Source of the DNA: an uncultured Gemmatimonadaceae bacterium
Lineage (GTDB): Bacteria > Gemmatimonadota > Gemmatimonadetes > Gemmatimonadales > Gemmatimonadaceae
Reading direction: 5' to 3'
DNA length: 64,000 nt
NCBI GenBank assembly: GCA_963843845.1
Contig: CAWJMB010000002.1
Location: 32,001-96,000, forward strand
Part shown: positions 51,388 to 61,242 of the stretch, piece after piece
How the letters are laid out: every line of letters begins with the position of its first letter
Position numbering within the stretch: position 1 is the first letter of the stretch
Made by a program: the position numbers and the translations under genes
Notes under the pieces: model-generated
Seen by the model: the letters and a program-made list of their open reading frames with translations, nothing else
Database searches by the model: none
Told to the model about the DNA's origin: nothing

Positions 51388-52211
51388 GACCGCCACGGCA
51401 GCCCGAACGCGAGCGCCCCTCCGGCCGTGAGGTACCACCCGCGCTCGTCGCCGGTGAGCCGTCGGCCGGCCCCCGCGTCGAGCGCCCAGCGCGGCGCGAG
51501 CTGCACGCGCGTGCCGACGCCGGCGTTCCATTCGACAGGCTGGTGCGATCCTGCCGACGCGCCGTCGTCGCGCATGCCGAACGGCCGGCGCGCGTACAGC
51601 TCGCCGGTGACGAGCAGCGAGCGGAGCGGGAACGTGTGGTCGACGGCCGCCCCGGCGAGCCATCGCGACAGCTCCCCGGCGCCGCTCGCCCTGCGCGCGC
51701 TCCCGGCCGTCACCTGCGCGTTCGCGTGCACGCGCGCGAGGCGGTACGTGCGCGTCGCGATCGCCGTCAGCGACGGGTACACCCGGCCGGGCCCGAAGCC
51801 GCCGACCGGAAGCAGCACGTCGCCGCGCAGCGCGAGCGCCGGCAGCGTCGTCGTCTCGACGTTCAGCGTGTGCAGCGCCGACACGCCGACGCCGGCGAGC
51901 CCGCTCGCGCTCCGCCCCGACGGCCCGTCCGCGACGACGAACGGCAGCGACAGCTCGACCTGCGTGCGCGGGAGCAGGCCGATCGCCAGCTCCGGCTCGA
52001 GCCCCCAGCGATAGGCGCCCCCCGTCGTACGCTCGAGGCGGAGCGGCGCGGCCTGCAGCTCGACGCCGCGCCGCTCGATCGCGTACGCGTCCTCGATCCG
52101 CACGGGGCGCCGGTCGTCGGTGTTGTAGTAGTCGGTCTGCGCGCCCGACGAGCCGGCACAACCGACGAGCAGGAGCGCGACGAGTCGTCGCCTCCGAGAT
52201 ACGATGAACAC
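51384..52211 (-). CDS. Putative outer-membrane beta-barrel protein
   Basis: Signal peptide, DYYNTD.RP..IEDA, amphipathic beta strands, aromatic C-terminus. Confidence 0.55.
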   Translation of the reverse strand: MFIVSRRRRLVALLLVGCAGSSGAQTDYYNTDDRRPVRIEDAYAIERRGVELQAAPLRLERTTGGAYRWGLEPELAIGLLPRTQVELSLPFVVADGPSGRSASGLAGVGVSALHTLNVETTTLPALALRGDVLLPVGGFGPGRVYPSLTAIATRTYRLARVHANAQVTAGSARRASGAGELSRWLAGAAVDHTFPLRSLLVTGELYARRPFGMRDDGASAGSHQPVEWNAGVGTRVQLAPRWALDAGAGRRLTGDERGWYLTAGGALAFGLPWRS

Positions 52212-52290
52212 GAGGAGCTCCAGGGCGTGTGTGAGCGAGCGCAGCCGCGCGGCGCCGACGGTCGGCGTCGGCGCACGGAGAGAGCGTGTC

Positions 52291-52626
52291 TCAGCGGCTG
52301 TGCCGGTACATGAGATCGACCAGTTCGTCGTACATCGACTCGGCCGACGCGTCGTCGGCGCGGATGGCGGTCGCGGCGCAGTGCTTGAGGTGGTTGCGCA
52401 TCAGCTCGCGCCCGACGGCGCGCAGCGCCTCGTGCACCGACGCGATCTGCGTCATGATGTCGGCGCAGTAGCGGTCGTCGTCGACCATCTTCTGCAGCCC
52501 GCGCACCTGCCCCTCGATGCGGCGCAGGCGCTTCAGGTTGCGGTCTTTGATGTCCGCGTCGACGGCGACGGCCTTGCGGCCCTCGCCCTGCCCCGCGCAG
52601 CCGCAGGTCGACGGTGCGATCGTCAT
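52291..52626 (-). CDS. csoR: CsoR-family copper-sensing repressor
   Basis: [22 protein letters not shown] (C-H-C ligands); GGAGGA RBS before ATG 52626. Confidence 0.92.
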   Translation of the reverse strand: MTIAPSTCGCAGQGEGRKAVAVDADIKDRNLKRLRRIEGQVRGLQKMVDDDRYCADIMTQIASVHEALRAVGRELMRNHLKHCAATAIRADDASAESMYDELVDLMYRHSR

Positions 52627-52646
52627 GGCACGTTCCTCCGCCGTCG

Positions 52647-55060
52647 TCATGGAACGGAGAGGCTCGCCGTCCGCAGTCGCAGACTGTTCGACACCACGCT
52701 GACCGAGCTGAAGGCCATCGCGGCGCTCGCGAGGATCGGGCTCAGCAGGATACCGAAGAGCGGATAGAGCACGCCTGCCGCGACCGGGATGCCGACGACG
52801 TTGTACGCGAACGCCCAGAACAGGTTCTGCCGCATCGTGCGCATCGTTCGCCGCGAGAGGGCGATCGCCTGCGCGACGCCGGCGAGGTCGCCGCGCATGA
52901 GCGCGACGTCCGCCGCCTCGACCGCGACGTCGGTGCCCGTGCCGATGGCGATGCCGATGTCGGCCTGCGCGAGCGCGGGCGCGTCGTTGATCCCGTCGCC
53001 GACCATCGCGACGACCCGCCCCGCGCGCTGCAGGCGCTGCGACCTCCGCGACCTTTCCCTCCGGCAGCACCTCGGCCACCACGCGCTCGATGCCGGCCTG
53101 GCGCGCGACCGCGTCGGCGGTGCGTCGGTCGTCGCCGGTGAGCATCACGACGTCGAGCCCCATCGCGCGCAGTCGGTCGACCGCGGCGCGCGACGTCGGC
53201 TTCACCGGGTCGGCGATCGCGACGAGTCCGGCGAGCCGTCCGTCGACGGCGACGTACACCGGCGTCTTTCCCGCCGCGGCGAGCCGCGCCGCCTCGGTGC
53301 CTAACGGGGCGGCGTCCACGCCCCACTCCTGCAACAGCCCCGCGTTCCCGACGGCGACCGCGCGGCCGCTCACGACACCGTGCACGCCCCGCCCCGTCGT
53401 CGACGCGAACGACTCGGGCGCGACGAGCGCGAGCCCGCGCGACTCGGCGTGTCGCACGATCGCGCCGGCCAGCGGGTGCTCGCTCGACCGCTCGAGCGAG
53501 GCGACGAGCGTGAGCAGCGCGTCGTCGGAGCGGGCGTCCCCCGCCACGCCCCCGGGCGCCCGCACGACGTCGGTGACGGCGGGCGTCCCCTCGGTGACGG
53601 TGCCCGTCTTGTCGAGCACGACGGTCGTCACGTCGCCCGCGCGCTGCAGCGCCTCGCCGCCTTTGATGAGCACACCCAGCGCCGCCCCGCGCCCGGTCGC
53701 GACCATGACGGCCGTCGGCACGGCGAGCCCCATCGCGCACGGGCAGGCGATGATGAGCACGGCGACCGCCGCGGCGAGCGCGCGCACGGTCGCCGCGCCG
53801 CCGCCCGCGCCACTCGCCTGCAGCGCGACGAACCACACGACGCAGGTCACGAGCGCGATCGCCACGACGACGGGAACGAAGATCGCGCTGACGCGGTCGG
53901 CGAGTGCCTGGATCGGCGCCCGCGAGCCCTGCGCATCGCGCATGAGCCGCACGATCTGCGCGAGCACGCTGTCGCTGCCGACCGTCGTCGCGCGGTAGCG
54001 GAACGCGCCGGTCGCGTTGATCGTGCCGCCGATCACGCGGTCGCCCGCGCGCTTCGCGACCGGCATCGACTCGCCGGTCAGCATCGACTCGTCGACCGCG
54101 CTCTCGCCGCGCACGACCTCGCCGTCGACCGGCAGCCGCTCCCCGGGCCGCACGACGACGACGTCGCCGGCCTGCACCTCCTCGACCGCGACGTCGACTT
54201 CCTGGTCCCCGCGCACGACGCGCGCCGTCTTCGGCTGCAACTGCGTCAGCGCGCGCAGCGCCGTCGCCGTGTCGCGCTTCGCGCGCGCCTCGAAGGCGTT
54301 GCCCGTGAGCACGAGCGCGATGATGATGACGACCGCCTCGTAGTAGACGTCGGGTGCCACGCCGTGGCGCGTGAACAGCGACGGCGCGACCGTCGCGACG
54401 AGCGAGTAGAGGAACGCCGCGCCGGTGCCCAACGCGACGAGCGTGTTCATGTCCGCCGCGTGGTGGCGGAAGCGCGGCCCAGGCGCGCGTGTAGAAGTGG
54501 CGCCCCGCCCAGAGCATGACGCCGAGCGTCAGCGCGAGCAGCGTCCAGCTGATCGCCGCGGTGGGGATGGCGTAGAGCCAGGGCATCACGCTGCGCAGTG
54601 CCGGCGTCATCGCGGTCATCGCCCACCGCATGAACGGGTCGACGCCGCCGGCCGTCCCCGCATGGCCGACCATGAGCGGCATCGACACGACCATCGCGAC
54701 CGCGCCGACGACACCGCTCACGATCGCCTTCGTGCGCAGCTCGCGGAACTCGTCCGCCGTCTCCGCATCGCGCGCCGCCTGCTCGTCGAACGCGCTCCGC
54801 TCGACGCGCGGCAGCTCGGCGCCGTAGCCGGTCGTGCGGATCGTCTCGACGAGCGCGTCGGGCGACACGGCAGCCGGGTCGTAGGCGACCGTCGCGTTCC
54901 CCATCATGAGGTTGACGGTCGCGTCGACGACGCCGGGCGTGCGGCTCAACGTGCGCTGCACGCGCCCCTGGCAGGCGGCGCACGTCATCCCCGTCACCGG
55001 AATGACGATGCGCCCGGCCGGTGCGGGCGCGTCGGGGGGCGCGATCAGGGCATTCGTCAT
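52647..55060 (-). CDS. copA: Cu(I)-translocating P1B-type ATPase, frameshifts near 54470 and 53035
   Basis: [40 protein letters not shown]. Confidence 0.93.
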
Positions 55061-55092
55061 CTCCTAACCTCCTCGGACACCGCGCGGCGGCG

Positions 55093-55545
55093 TCACTTCG
55101 TGTCCATCTCGGCGATCAGCGCCTCCATCTCGGCGATCTCCCGCCGCTGCGCGGCGATGATGCGGTCGGCGAGCGCGCGCACGCGCGGGTCGCCGAGGTG
55201 CGCCCGCTCGCTCGTGAGGATCGCGATCGAGTGGTGCGGGATCATCGCCTTCATCCACGCCACGTCCCCTACCGTGGCCTGGCTGCGCGCGAGGAGCAGC
55301 GCGGCCGCGAACACGATGGCGCTCCCGACGACGATCGCGGCGTTCTTCGCCCGGTCGGCGTACATGCCGAGCATGAACCCGAGCATGATGACCGCCATCG
55401 TCGCACCCATGTAGAGCGCCATCCAGAAGCGCGTCTGACTCCACCAGACGTCGCTCCACCGATAGACGGTCGAGTACATGAGCGCGAACATCACGACCGT
55501 GGACGTGACGGTCATGGCCACGAAGCGGCGGTACGACATCGTCAT
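55093..55545 (-). CDS. DUF305 (CopM-like) membrane-anchored protein
   Basis: MIPHHSIAI, LA..II.AQ..EI..M. Confidence 0.85.
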   Translation of the reverse strand: MTMSYRRFVAMTVTSTVVMFALMYSTVYRWSDVWWSQTRFWMALYMGATMAVIMLGFMLGMYADRAKNAAIVVGSAIVFAAALLLARSQATVGDVAWMKAMIPHHSIAILTSERAHLGDPRVRALADRIIAAQRREIAEMEALIAEMDTK

Positions 55546-55553
55546 CGCGCGGC

Positions 55554-55781
55554 TCAGCGATCGCCGACGAGCGCGGCATCGTAGCCGGCGTCGCGGATCG
55601 CCTCGATCGCCTCGGCCGTGATCGCGTCGGGCGCGCCGCCGCTCGGGTCGATCGCCACCTGCGCCGAGCCGATGCCGACCGTGGCACCAGCGACCCCGGG
55701 GACCGCCTGCAGCGCGGCCTCCACCGCGGCGACGCAGTGACTGCAGCTCATGCCGGTGATGTCGAGCGAGACGTCGCGCAT
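55554..55781 (-). CDS. copZ: CopZ-like copper chaperone (HMA)
   Basis: GMSCSHC, DAGY. Confidence 0.9.
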   Translation of the reverse strand: MRDVSLDITGMSCSHCVAAVEAALQAVPGVAGATVGIGSAQVAIDPSGGAPDAITAEAIEAIRDAGYDAALVGDR

Positions 55782-55813
55782 GGAAGAGCCTCCGTTGAGA
55801 ACGTGGTACAAGC

Positions 55814-55835
55814 TATATACCCCCCACCCCTATAT
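55814..55835. promoter_or_regulatory. Probable CsoR operator
   Basis: TATATAC-CCCCCACCCC-TATAT: C-tract flanked by AT-rich inverted arms ~35 bp upstream of copZ. Confidence 0.55.
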
Positions 55836-55881
55836 CAACCCGCGGCTGGCGTCTGGCCGGACGGCGCGCATCGTTGTGCGC

Positions 55882-56094
55882 ATGAGACTGCTCCGAGTCG
55901 CTCCCCCCCTGCTGCTCGCCGCGACGGCCGCCGCACCCGACCTCCATGCACGGCGCGCGCTCACGGTCTTCATCTCCGCCGACATGGAGGGGATCGCCGG
56001 CGTCGTCTCGGGCGCCCAGCGCGGGCCGGCGGGCTTCGAGTACGCGCGCTTCATGGAGTCCGCACGCAGCGACCGCCCGGACCTCTCTCCGTGA
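55882..56094 (+). pseudogene. Truncated M55 (DppA-like D-aminopeptidase) fragment
   Basis: VFISADMEGIAGVV motif followed by early stop. Confidence 0.65.
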
Positions 56095-57776
56095 CGACGC
56101 GCCGCGACTTCCTGCACGCGGCCGGAGGAGCGCTCCTCGGCCGCGCGTTGGTCACCGACGCGGTAGGCACCGACGCGGTAGGCACCGACGCGTGGGGCGC
56201 GCGTGCGTCCGGCGCCCGGCACGACCTCGTGATCCGCGGCGGCACCGTGTTCGACGGCACCGGCGCGCCGGGCATCGAGGCCGACGTCGCGATCGACCGG
56301 CGGGCGCGATCGTCCCTCGTGACGCGACGGATCGCCGACGCCGGCGCCGTCGAGATCGACGCGCGCGGGCTCGCCGTCGCGCCGGGATTCGTCGACATCC
56401 ACTCGCACGCCGACGGCTCGCTGTTCGCCGACCCGCGCGCCGAGTCGGTCGTTCGACAGGGCATCACGACCGTCGTCGTCGGGCAGGACGGCAGCTCGTC
56501 GGCGCCGGGCGCGGGGTCGGCGAACGAGACGTTCCGCGACTATTTCGCGCGCGTCGACCGCCTGGCCCCCGGCGGTGAACGTCGCTTCGATGATCGGGCT
56601 CGGCACGGTGCGCGGCGCGCGTCGTGGGGCTCGACGACCGGCCGGCGACGGCGGCCGAGCTCGTGCGCATGACCGCGCTCGTCGAGGCGGCGCTCGCCGA
56701 CGGCGCGTGCGGCGCGTCGTCGGGGCTCGAGTACACGCCCGGCGCGTTCGCGTCGCAGGACGAGCTCGATCGCGCTCTGCCGCCCGCTCGCCCGCGCGCC
56801 GGCCTGCCATACGCGACGCACATGCGCAACGAGGACGACCGCCTGCTCGACGCGATCGCGCGAGGCGGTCGCCGTCGCCGAGGGCGCCGGCTGTCCGCTC
56901 CAGATCTCGCACCTCAAGACGCAGGGCCCGCGCAACTGGGGGCAAGCTCGACGACGGCGTTCGCGCTGATCGACGGTGCCGCGCGCGCGCGGGCTCGACG
57001 TGACGTTCGACCGCTACCCGTACGTCGCCTACGCCACCGGCCTGACGAACATCTTCCCCGTCTGGAGCCGCGACGGCGGCACCGCGGCGTTCCTCGCTCG
57101 CCTCGCCGACCCGCGCGACCGCGCCGCGCATCCGCGCGGCGAGTCGCTCGCGAAGATCGAGCTGATCGGCGGGTGGGACAACGTCCAGATCTCCGGCGTC
57201 GCGCCGCAGTCCGAGCGCGCGGCGGAGGGAAGGCGGCTCGGCGCCTACGCCGCGAGCCGCGGTCTGGACCCGTACGACGCGGCGGTCGCGCTGCTCGCGG
57301 AGCCGCGGCGACGTCGGCATGGTCGGCTTCGCGATGAGCGAGGACAACCTCGACCGCATCCTCGCCCACCCGCGCGGCATGGTCGCGAGCGACGGCGGCG
57401 CGGTCGCGCTCGCCGGCCCGGCTCGGCGCGGCCACCCGCACCCGCGATCGTTAGGCACCTTCCCGCGCGTGCTCGCTCGCTACGTGCGCGAGCGGAAGGC
57501 GTTGACGCTCGCGTCGGCGATCCGCAAGATGACCGCGATGCCCGCCGCCCGGCTCGGCCTCGCCGACCGCGGCCGCCTCGCGCCGACCGCCGCCGCCGAC
57601 GTCGTCGTCTTCGACCCCGCGACCGTCGCCGACCGCGCGACGTTCGCCGAGCCGTTCCAGTACCCGGTCGGGCATCAAGGCCGTCGTCGTGAACGGCGGC
57701 GTCGCGCTGCTCGACGGGCGAGCGCCGGGCGACGCGCACCGGGCGGGCCCTGCGCCCTCGGGCCGGTCGTATCTGA
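56091..57776 (+). pseudogene. N-acyl-D-amino-acid deacylase family amidohydrolase, many frameshifts
   Basis: Tat TTRRDFL, PGFVDIHSH, GLEYTPG, THMRNE, DRYPY, SDG, HPRSLGTFPR, ADVVVFDP in successive frames. Confidence 0.8.
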
Positions 57777-57784
57777 CAGAAGGA

Positions 57785-57840
57785 ACGGAAGGAACGGAAG
57801 CACGACCAGGTGATCGTTGGCTCTCTTCCGTTCCTTCCGT
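57785..57840. repeat. REP-like hairpin with perfect 16-bp arms
   Basis: ACGGAAGGAACGGAAG (57785-57800) / CTTCCGTTCCTTCCGT (57825-57840). Confidence 0.8.
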
Positions 57841-57949
57841 CGAATGAACACCCAGCCGACGATGAACGGCATCGTGCGCTTCCGCCCACGTCGCTCGCCG
57901 CGCAGAGCACGTTCTGCGCGAACGCGCTCGCGACCGGCCGCCCTACGTC

Positions 57950-58092
57950 GCGAACGCCGCCGGCATCATGTACGCGCCGCGCGGCACGATCGTGCTCGCC
58001 GTGTTCACGACCGGAACCGCGGGAGCTTCTCCGACCTCGAGGCGACCGAGGGGACGGTCGCGGAGGAGGTGCCGGCAGCGTGGAGCCGGTGA
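57950..58092 (+). pseudogene. Possible C-terminal remnant of a class A beta-lactamase-like serine hydrolase
   Basis: NAAGIMYAPRGTIVLAVFT followed by a helical tail in another frame. Confidence 0.35.
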
Positions 58093-58140
58093 GCCGCCGC
58101 GCGGCCGGCGCCGGGCCGCGCCGTCAGCTGCAACGGTCCG

Positions 58141-58701
58141 TCAGCCGCCCGCGCGCCGGTAGTGCATGGCGACCGCGCCGTTGCGGAGCGGCGCCGCCGA
58201 GACCAGCTCGAGCCGTCGCGTGGCGAGGAGCCCGCTCCGGTACAGGGTCGGGCCGTGACCGGCGATCCGGGGGTGGACGAGGAACCTGTACTCGTCGATC
58301 AGATCCAGCCGGTCCAGCGCGGTCGCGAGCGTGCCGCTCCCGAGGAGCACGCCGGCAGGAGTCGCGTCCTTGAGGTGCTGCACGCCCGTGCGCAGGTCGC
58401 CGGCGACGTGGTGGCTGTTGGTCCACGGGAAGTCCGTTCGCGTCGACGACACCACGTACTTCGGTTTGGCCTCCAGCGTGACCGCCCACGCGCGCATCGC
58501 CGGCGGCGCCTCCACGTCGCCGCGGGCGACCGCCGGCCAGTAGCGCTCCATCATCTCGTAGGTGACGCGGCCCCACAGCATCGCGCCCCCCTCGTCCATG
58601 AGACGGGTGAAGAAGGCGTGTGTCTCGTCGTCCGCGATTCCCTCGCGGTGGTCGACGCAGCCGTCGAGGGTGACGTTGAGGCTGAAGGTCAGGAGTCCCA
58701 T
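58141..58701 (-). CDS. Dihydrofolate reductase/RibD C-terminal family protein
   Basis: NVTLDG, LWGRVTYE, PKYVVS, GSGTL, LIDEY...HP...G.G. Confidence 0.9.
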   Translation of the reverse strand: MGLLTFSLNVTLDGCVDHREGIADDETHAFFTRLMDEGGAMLWGRVTYEMMERYWPAVARGDVEAPPAMRAWAVTLEAKPKYVVSSTRTDFPWTNSHHVAGDLRTGVQHLKDATPAGVLLGSGTLATALDRLDLIDEYRFLVHPRIAGHGPTLYRSGLLATRRLELVSAAPLRNGAVAMHYRRAGG

Positions 58702-58837
58702 GGCGACGAGTCTACTCCGGAGCGTCAGCGAGACGGGAGCTCTCTGCGGCGCGGTGGCCGGGATGCCCGGCCGGACGGGCGTTCACCGCGCGGCCGACGG
58801 CGGCGGGGCCGCGTGCCGTGTCAGCTGCAACGCACCG

Positions 58838-59254
58838 TCACGCGGACGCCGGCCGCTCCGCCTCGCAGAGCAGCATCCACGACGTGCCGAACCGGTCGCG
58901 CAGCATCGCGAACCGCGTCGCGAAGAACGTCTGCTCCATCGGCATGAAGACCTGCCCGCCGTCGGCGAGCAGCGCGTAGACGCGCTCCGCCTCTTCGGGA
59001 GTGCCGAACATGAGCGTCAGGTACGCGCTGCGCATCGGTTCGGCGCCCGGCACGTCCGCGCCCATGACGATCGCGTCGCCGATCTCCAGCCGCGCGTGCA
59101 GCACGGCGTCCGCCCAGTCCTCGGGGAGGCGCGAGGGGCCGGGCTGCGCTCCGTGCCGCTGCAGCATGACGATCCGGCCGCCCAGGTGCCCCTCGTAGAA
59201 GCGGAACGCGGCCTCGCAGTGCCCGGGGTAGTTCAGGTAGACGTGGAGTTTCAC
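58838..59254 (-). CDS. VOC family protein (PhnB-like)
   Basis: YLNYPG.CEAAFRFY, VLHARL, MGAD, LRDRFGTSW. Confidence 0.88.
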   Translation of the reverse strand: MKLHVYLNYPGHCEAAFRFYEGHLGGRIVMLQRHGAQPGPSRLPEDWADAVLHARLEIGDAIVMGADVPGAEPMRSAYLTLMFGTPEEAERVYALLADGGQVFMPMEQTFFATRFAMLRDRFGTSWMLLCEAERPASA

Positions 59255-59297
59255 CAGAGTCGTGCGAGCGGTGTGAGAACGATCATCGCCGCGCCGC

Positions 59298-60692
59298 CTA
59301 ACGGATGCGTTCGACCGAGAGCCGCGCCGCGCCCGCCCCGGCCGCAGCACGCGCGCGGCCCCGCGCGTGGGCCAGGGTCACGATCTCCTGCGGGTAGAAG
59401 CGGAAGCCGTCGCACTCGCCGTGGTGCACGCGCGCCAGCCGCTCGTACTCCCACGGACAGCCGCCCATGCACACCGGGAGCGCGCCGCAGTTCGAGCACC
59501 CCGCGCGCGTCGACGGGTCGTAGCGCGCCCACCGCGCGAGCTGGGGCTCCGCGTTCGGCACCGGCGTCCCCGAGACGTGCCCGATGGCCTGCTCCTCCGA
59601 CCCGTCGATCTGGTTCCAGCACTTGAAGATCAGCCCGCTCGGCGCGACGACGAAGCCGAGCCGCGACTCGACCGAGCAGAGCGGCCCGCAGAGGGGCGAC
59701 GGCAGCCCCGTCGACGGCAGGAGGCCGCGGCGCAGCAGTTCGGCGTCGAACCAGATCGTCACGCGCGCCCGCTCCTCGTCGGACAGCACGTCCTCCTTCA
59801 CGTGCGCGCACGCGCTCGTGGTGTCGACGACGAAGCCGAGGCTGATGTGGGCGGCGGGAAGGATCTCCTCCTCCACCAGCCGGTCGAGGAGCGCGCCGAG
59901 CGCGGGCACGTTCCGCCGGTCGACGTTGACGCGCAGGTTGATCGGGAGCCCGAGCCGCAGCGACGTGCGGCAGTTCGCGACGATCCGCTCCCACGTGCCC
60001 TGCCCGCCGACGAGGACCCGGCGCCGGTCGTGCACCGCCGGCAGCCCGTCGAGCGTGACCTGCACCATCGACCACTCGCCGAGCGCCTGGAGGCGGCGGA
60101 CCACGTCCTCGGTGAGAAAGTAGCCGTTCGTCACGATCCCGCGCGTGACGCGGCACCCGCGCGCCTCGCCGAGCGCGTTCGTGAAGCGCTGTACGCGCTC
60201 CACGATGTCGGGCTGGAGGAGCGGCTCGCCGCCGAACCACGTCGTGTTGATGGTCCGTACCCCCTCCGCGCGCGCGGCGATGAACCGCGTCAGGTCGGCC
60301 TCGACCGCGGGCGTCATCACCTCCTGCCGGTGCCGCTCGAAGCAGTAGGTGCAGCGGAAGTTGCACTGGATCGTCGGCGCGAGCGTCAGCAGCAGCGCGT
60401 CGGGGGAGGCGAGCGACTGGCGCCGGAGCGCGAACAGCGCGGCGCGCTCGTCGAATCCCGCCGGGACGAGCACGCCCGCCGCGATCAGGCGGTCGCGCAG
60501 CGCCGGCGGCAGCGCGTCCGGCGCCGGCGCGCCCGGGCGGCCGTCGAGCGCCGCGATCCGGGCGTGGTCGGCTTCGTCCAGCTCCAGCAGGGCACCCGTG
60601 AAGGCGTTGAACGCCAGGTGGGTGCCCGGGATGGCCGACGGCGCGAGCGTGTTGTAGCGCGACGCGACGAGCGTGTCGTGCGGCGCGATCAC
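59298..60692 (-). CDS. Radical SAM/SPASM peptide maturase with N-terminal RRE-like region
   Basis: CNFRCTYC (CxxxCxxC), WFGGEPLL, TNG, QVTLDG, RVNV; SPASM Cys: PLC, FKCW, CSNCGALPVCMGGCP, GEC; N-term SRYN...FNAFTGALLELD. Confidence 0.92.
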   Translation of the reverse strand: MIAPHDTLVASRYNTLAPSAIPGTHLAFNAFTGALLELDEADHARIAALDGRPGAPAPDALPPALRDRLIAAGVLVPAGFDERAALFALRRQSLASPDALLLTLAPTIQCNFRCTYCFERHRQEVMTPAVEADLTRFIAARAEGVRTINTTWFGGEPLLQPDIVERVQRFTNALGEARGCRVTRGIVTNGYFLTEDVVRRLQALGEWSMVQVTLDGLPAVHDRRRVLVGGQGTWERIVANCRTSLRLGLPINLRVNVDRRNVPALGALLDRLVEEEILPAAHISLGFVVDTTSACAHVKEDVLSDEERARVTIWFDAELLRRGLLPSTGLPSPLCGPLCSVESRLGFVVAPSGLIFKCWNQIDGSEEQAIGHVSGTPVPNAEPQLARWARYDPSTRAGCSNCGALPVCMGGCPWEYERLARVHHGECDGFRFYPQEIVTLAHARGRARAAAGAGAARLSVERIR

Positions 60693-61087
60693 CGGAACCG
60701 CGTCGCGAGCGACTCGCCGAAGGCGCGCGACCACTCCGGCAGCGTGCCCTGTGGGGCGTCGGTCGAGGCCGACTCCGGCGCCGGCAGCTTGATGAACTTC
60801 TTCGGCTGGCAGACCGGCGCGTCCGGATCCTCCGGGGGCGGCACCTTGATGAACTTCTTCGGCTGGCAGATCGGTGCGTCCGGCGCTTCCGGCGGGGGCA
60901 CCTTGATGAACTTCTGTGGCGCGCACCCCGGCGCGGCCGCCGCGAAGTCGTCGGCCGTGACGCCGAGCGAGCCGTCCGGGTGGAGATGGGCCAGCACCGC
61001 CGCACCTGCCGCGGCTCTCGACTCCCTGAGCAGATGCGCGGTCGGGGTGTCGGGCAGCAGATCTCGCGGCTCGTCGGGACTGGGCAT
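60689..61087 (-). CDS. Putative multi-core RiPP precursor peptide (132 aa)
   Basis: AGGAGG RBS, three tandem 19-aa units C(A/Q)P(Q/K)KFIK(V/L)P(P/A)PE, stop overlaps the rSAM start (GTGA). Confidence 0.78.
   Translation of the reverse strand: MPSPDEPRDLLPDTPTAHLLRESRAAAGAAVLAHLHPDGSLGVTADDFAAAAPGCAPQKFIKVPPPEAPDAPICQPKKFIKVPPPEDPDAPVCQPKKFIKLPAPESASTDAPQGTLPEWSRAFGESLATRFR
60760..60925 (-). repeat. Three 57-bp coding repeats
   Basis: (C/G)CTTGATGAACTTC at 60787, 60844, 60901 (57-bp period). Confidence 0.9.
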
Positions 61088-61242
61088 CGGGCACGCCTCC
61101 TGTCGATGGTGGTCTGCGCTGCGCCGAGCGTTCGGACTCGCGCGGCGGCCAATCTGTGCGCCGTGCGCGCGCGCGGCCAGAGGGAGCGCACGCGGCGGAC
61201 ACGACTCTTGCGCGCGGCGGACAGTCACGTACGCTAGCCGTC

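Noticed and set aside
52291..54450. Apparent CopA-CsoR fusion ORF (719 aa)
   Set aside because: Produced by the frameshift near 53035; the true CopA C-terminus is in ORF 52647-53006 and csoR has its own RBS and ATG
60760..60925. Periodic repeats as a mini-CRISPR
   Set aside because: 57-bp in-frame coding units with similar intervening sequence, no cas genes
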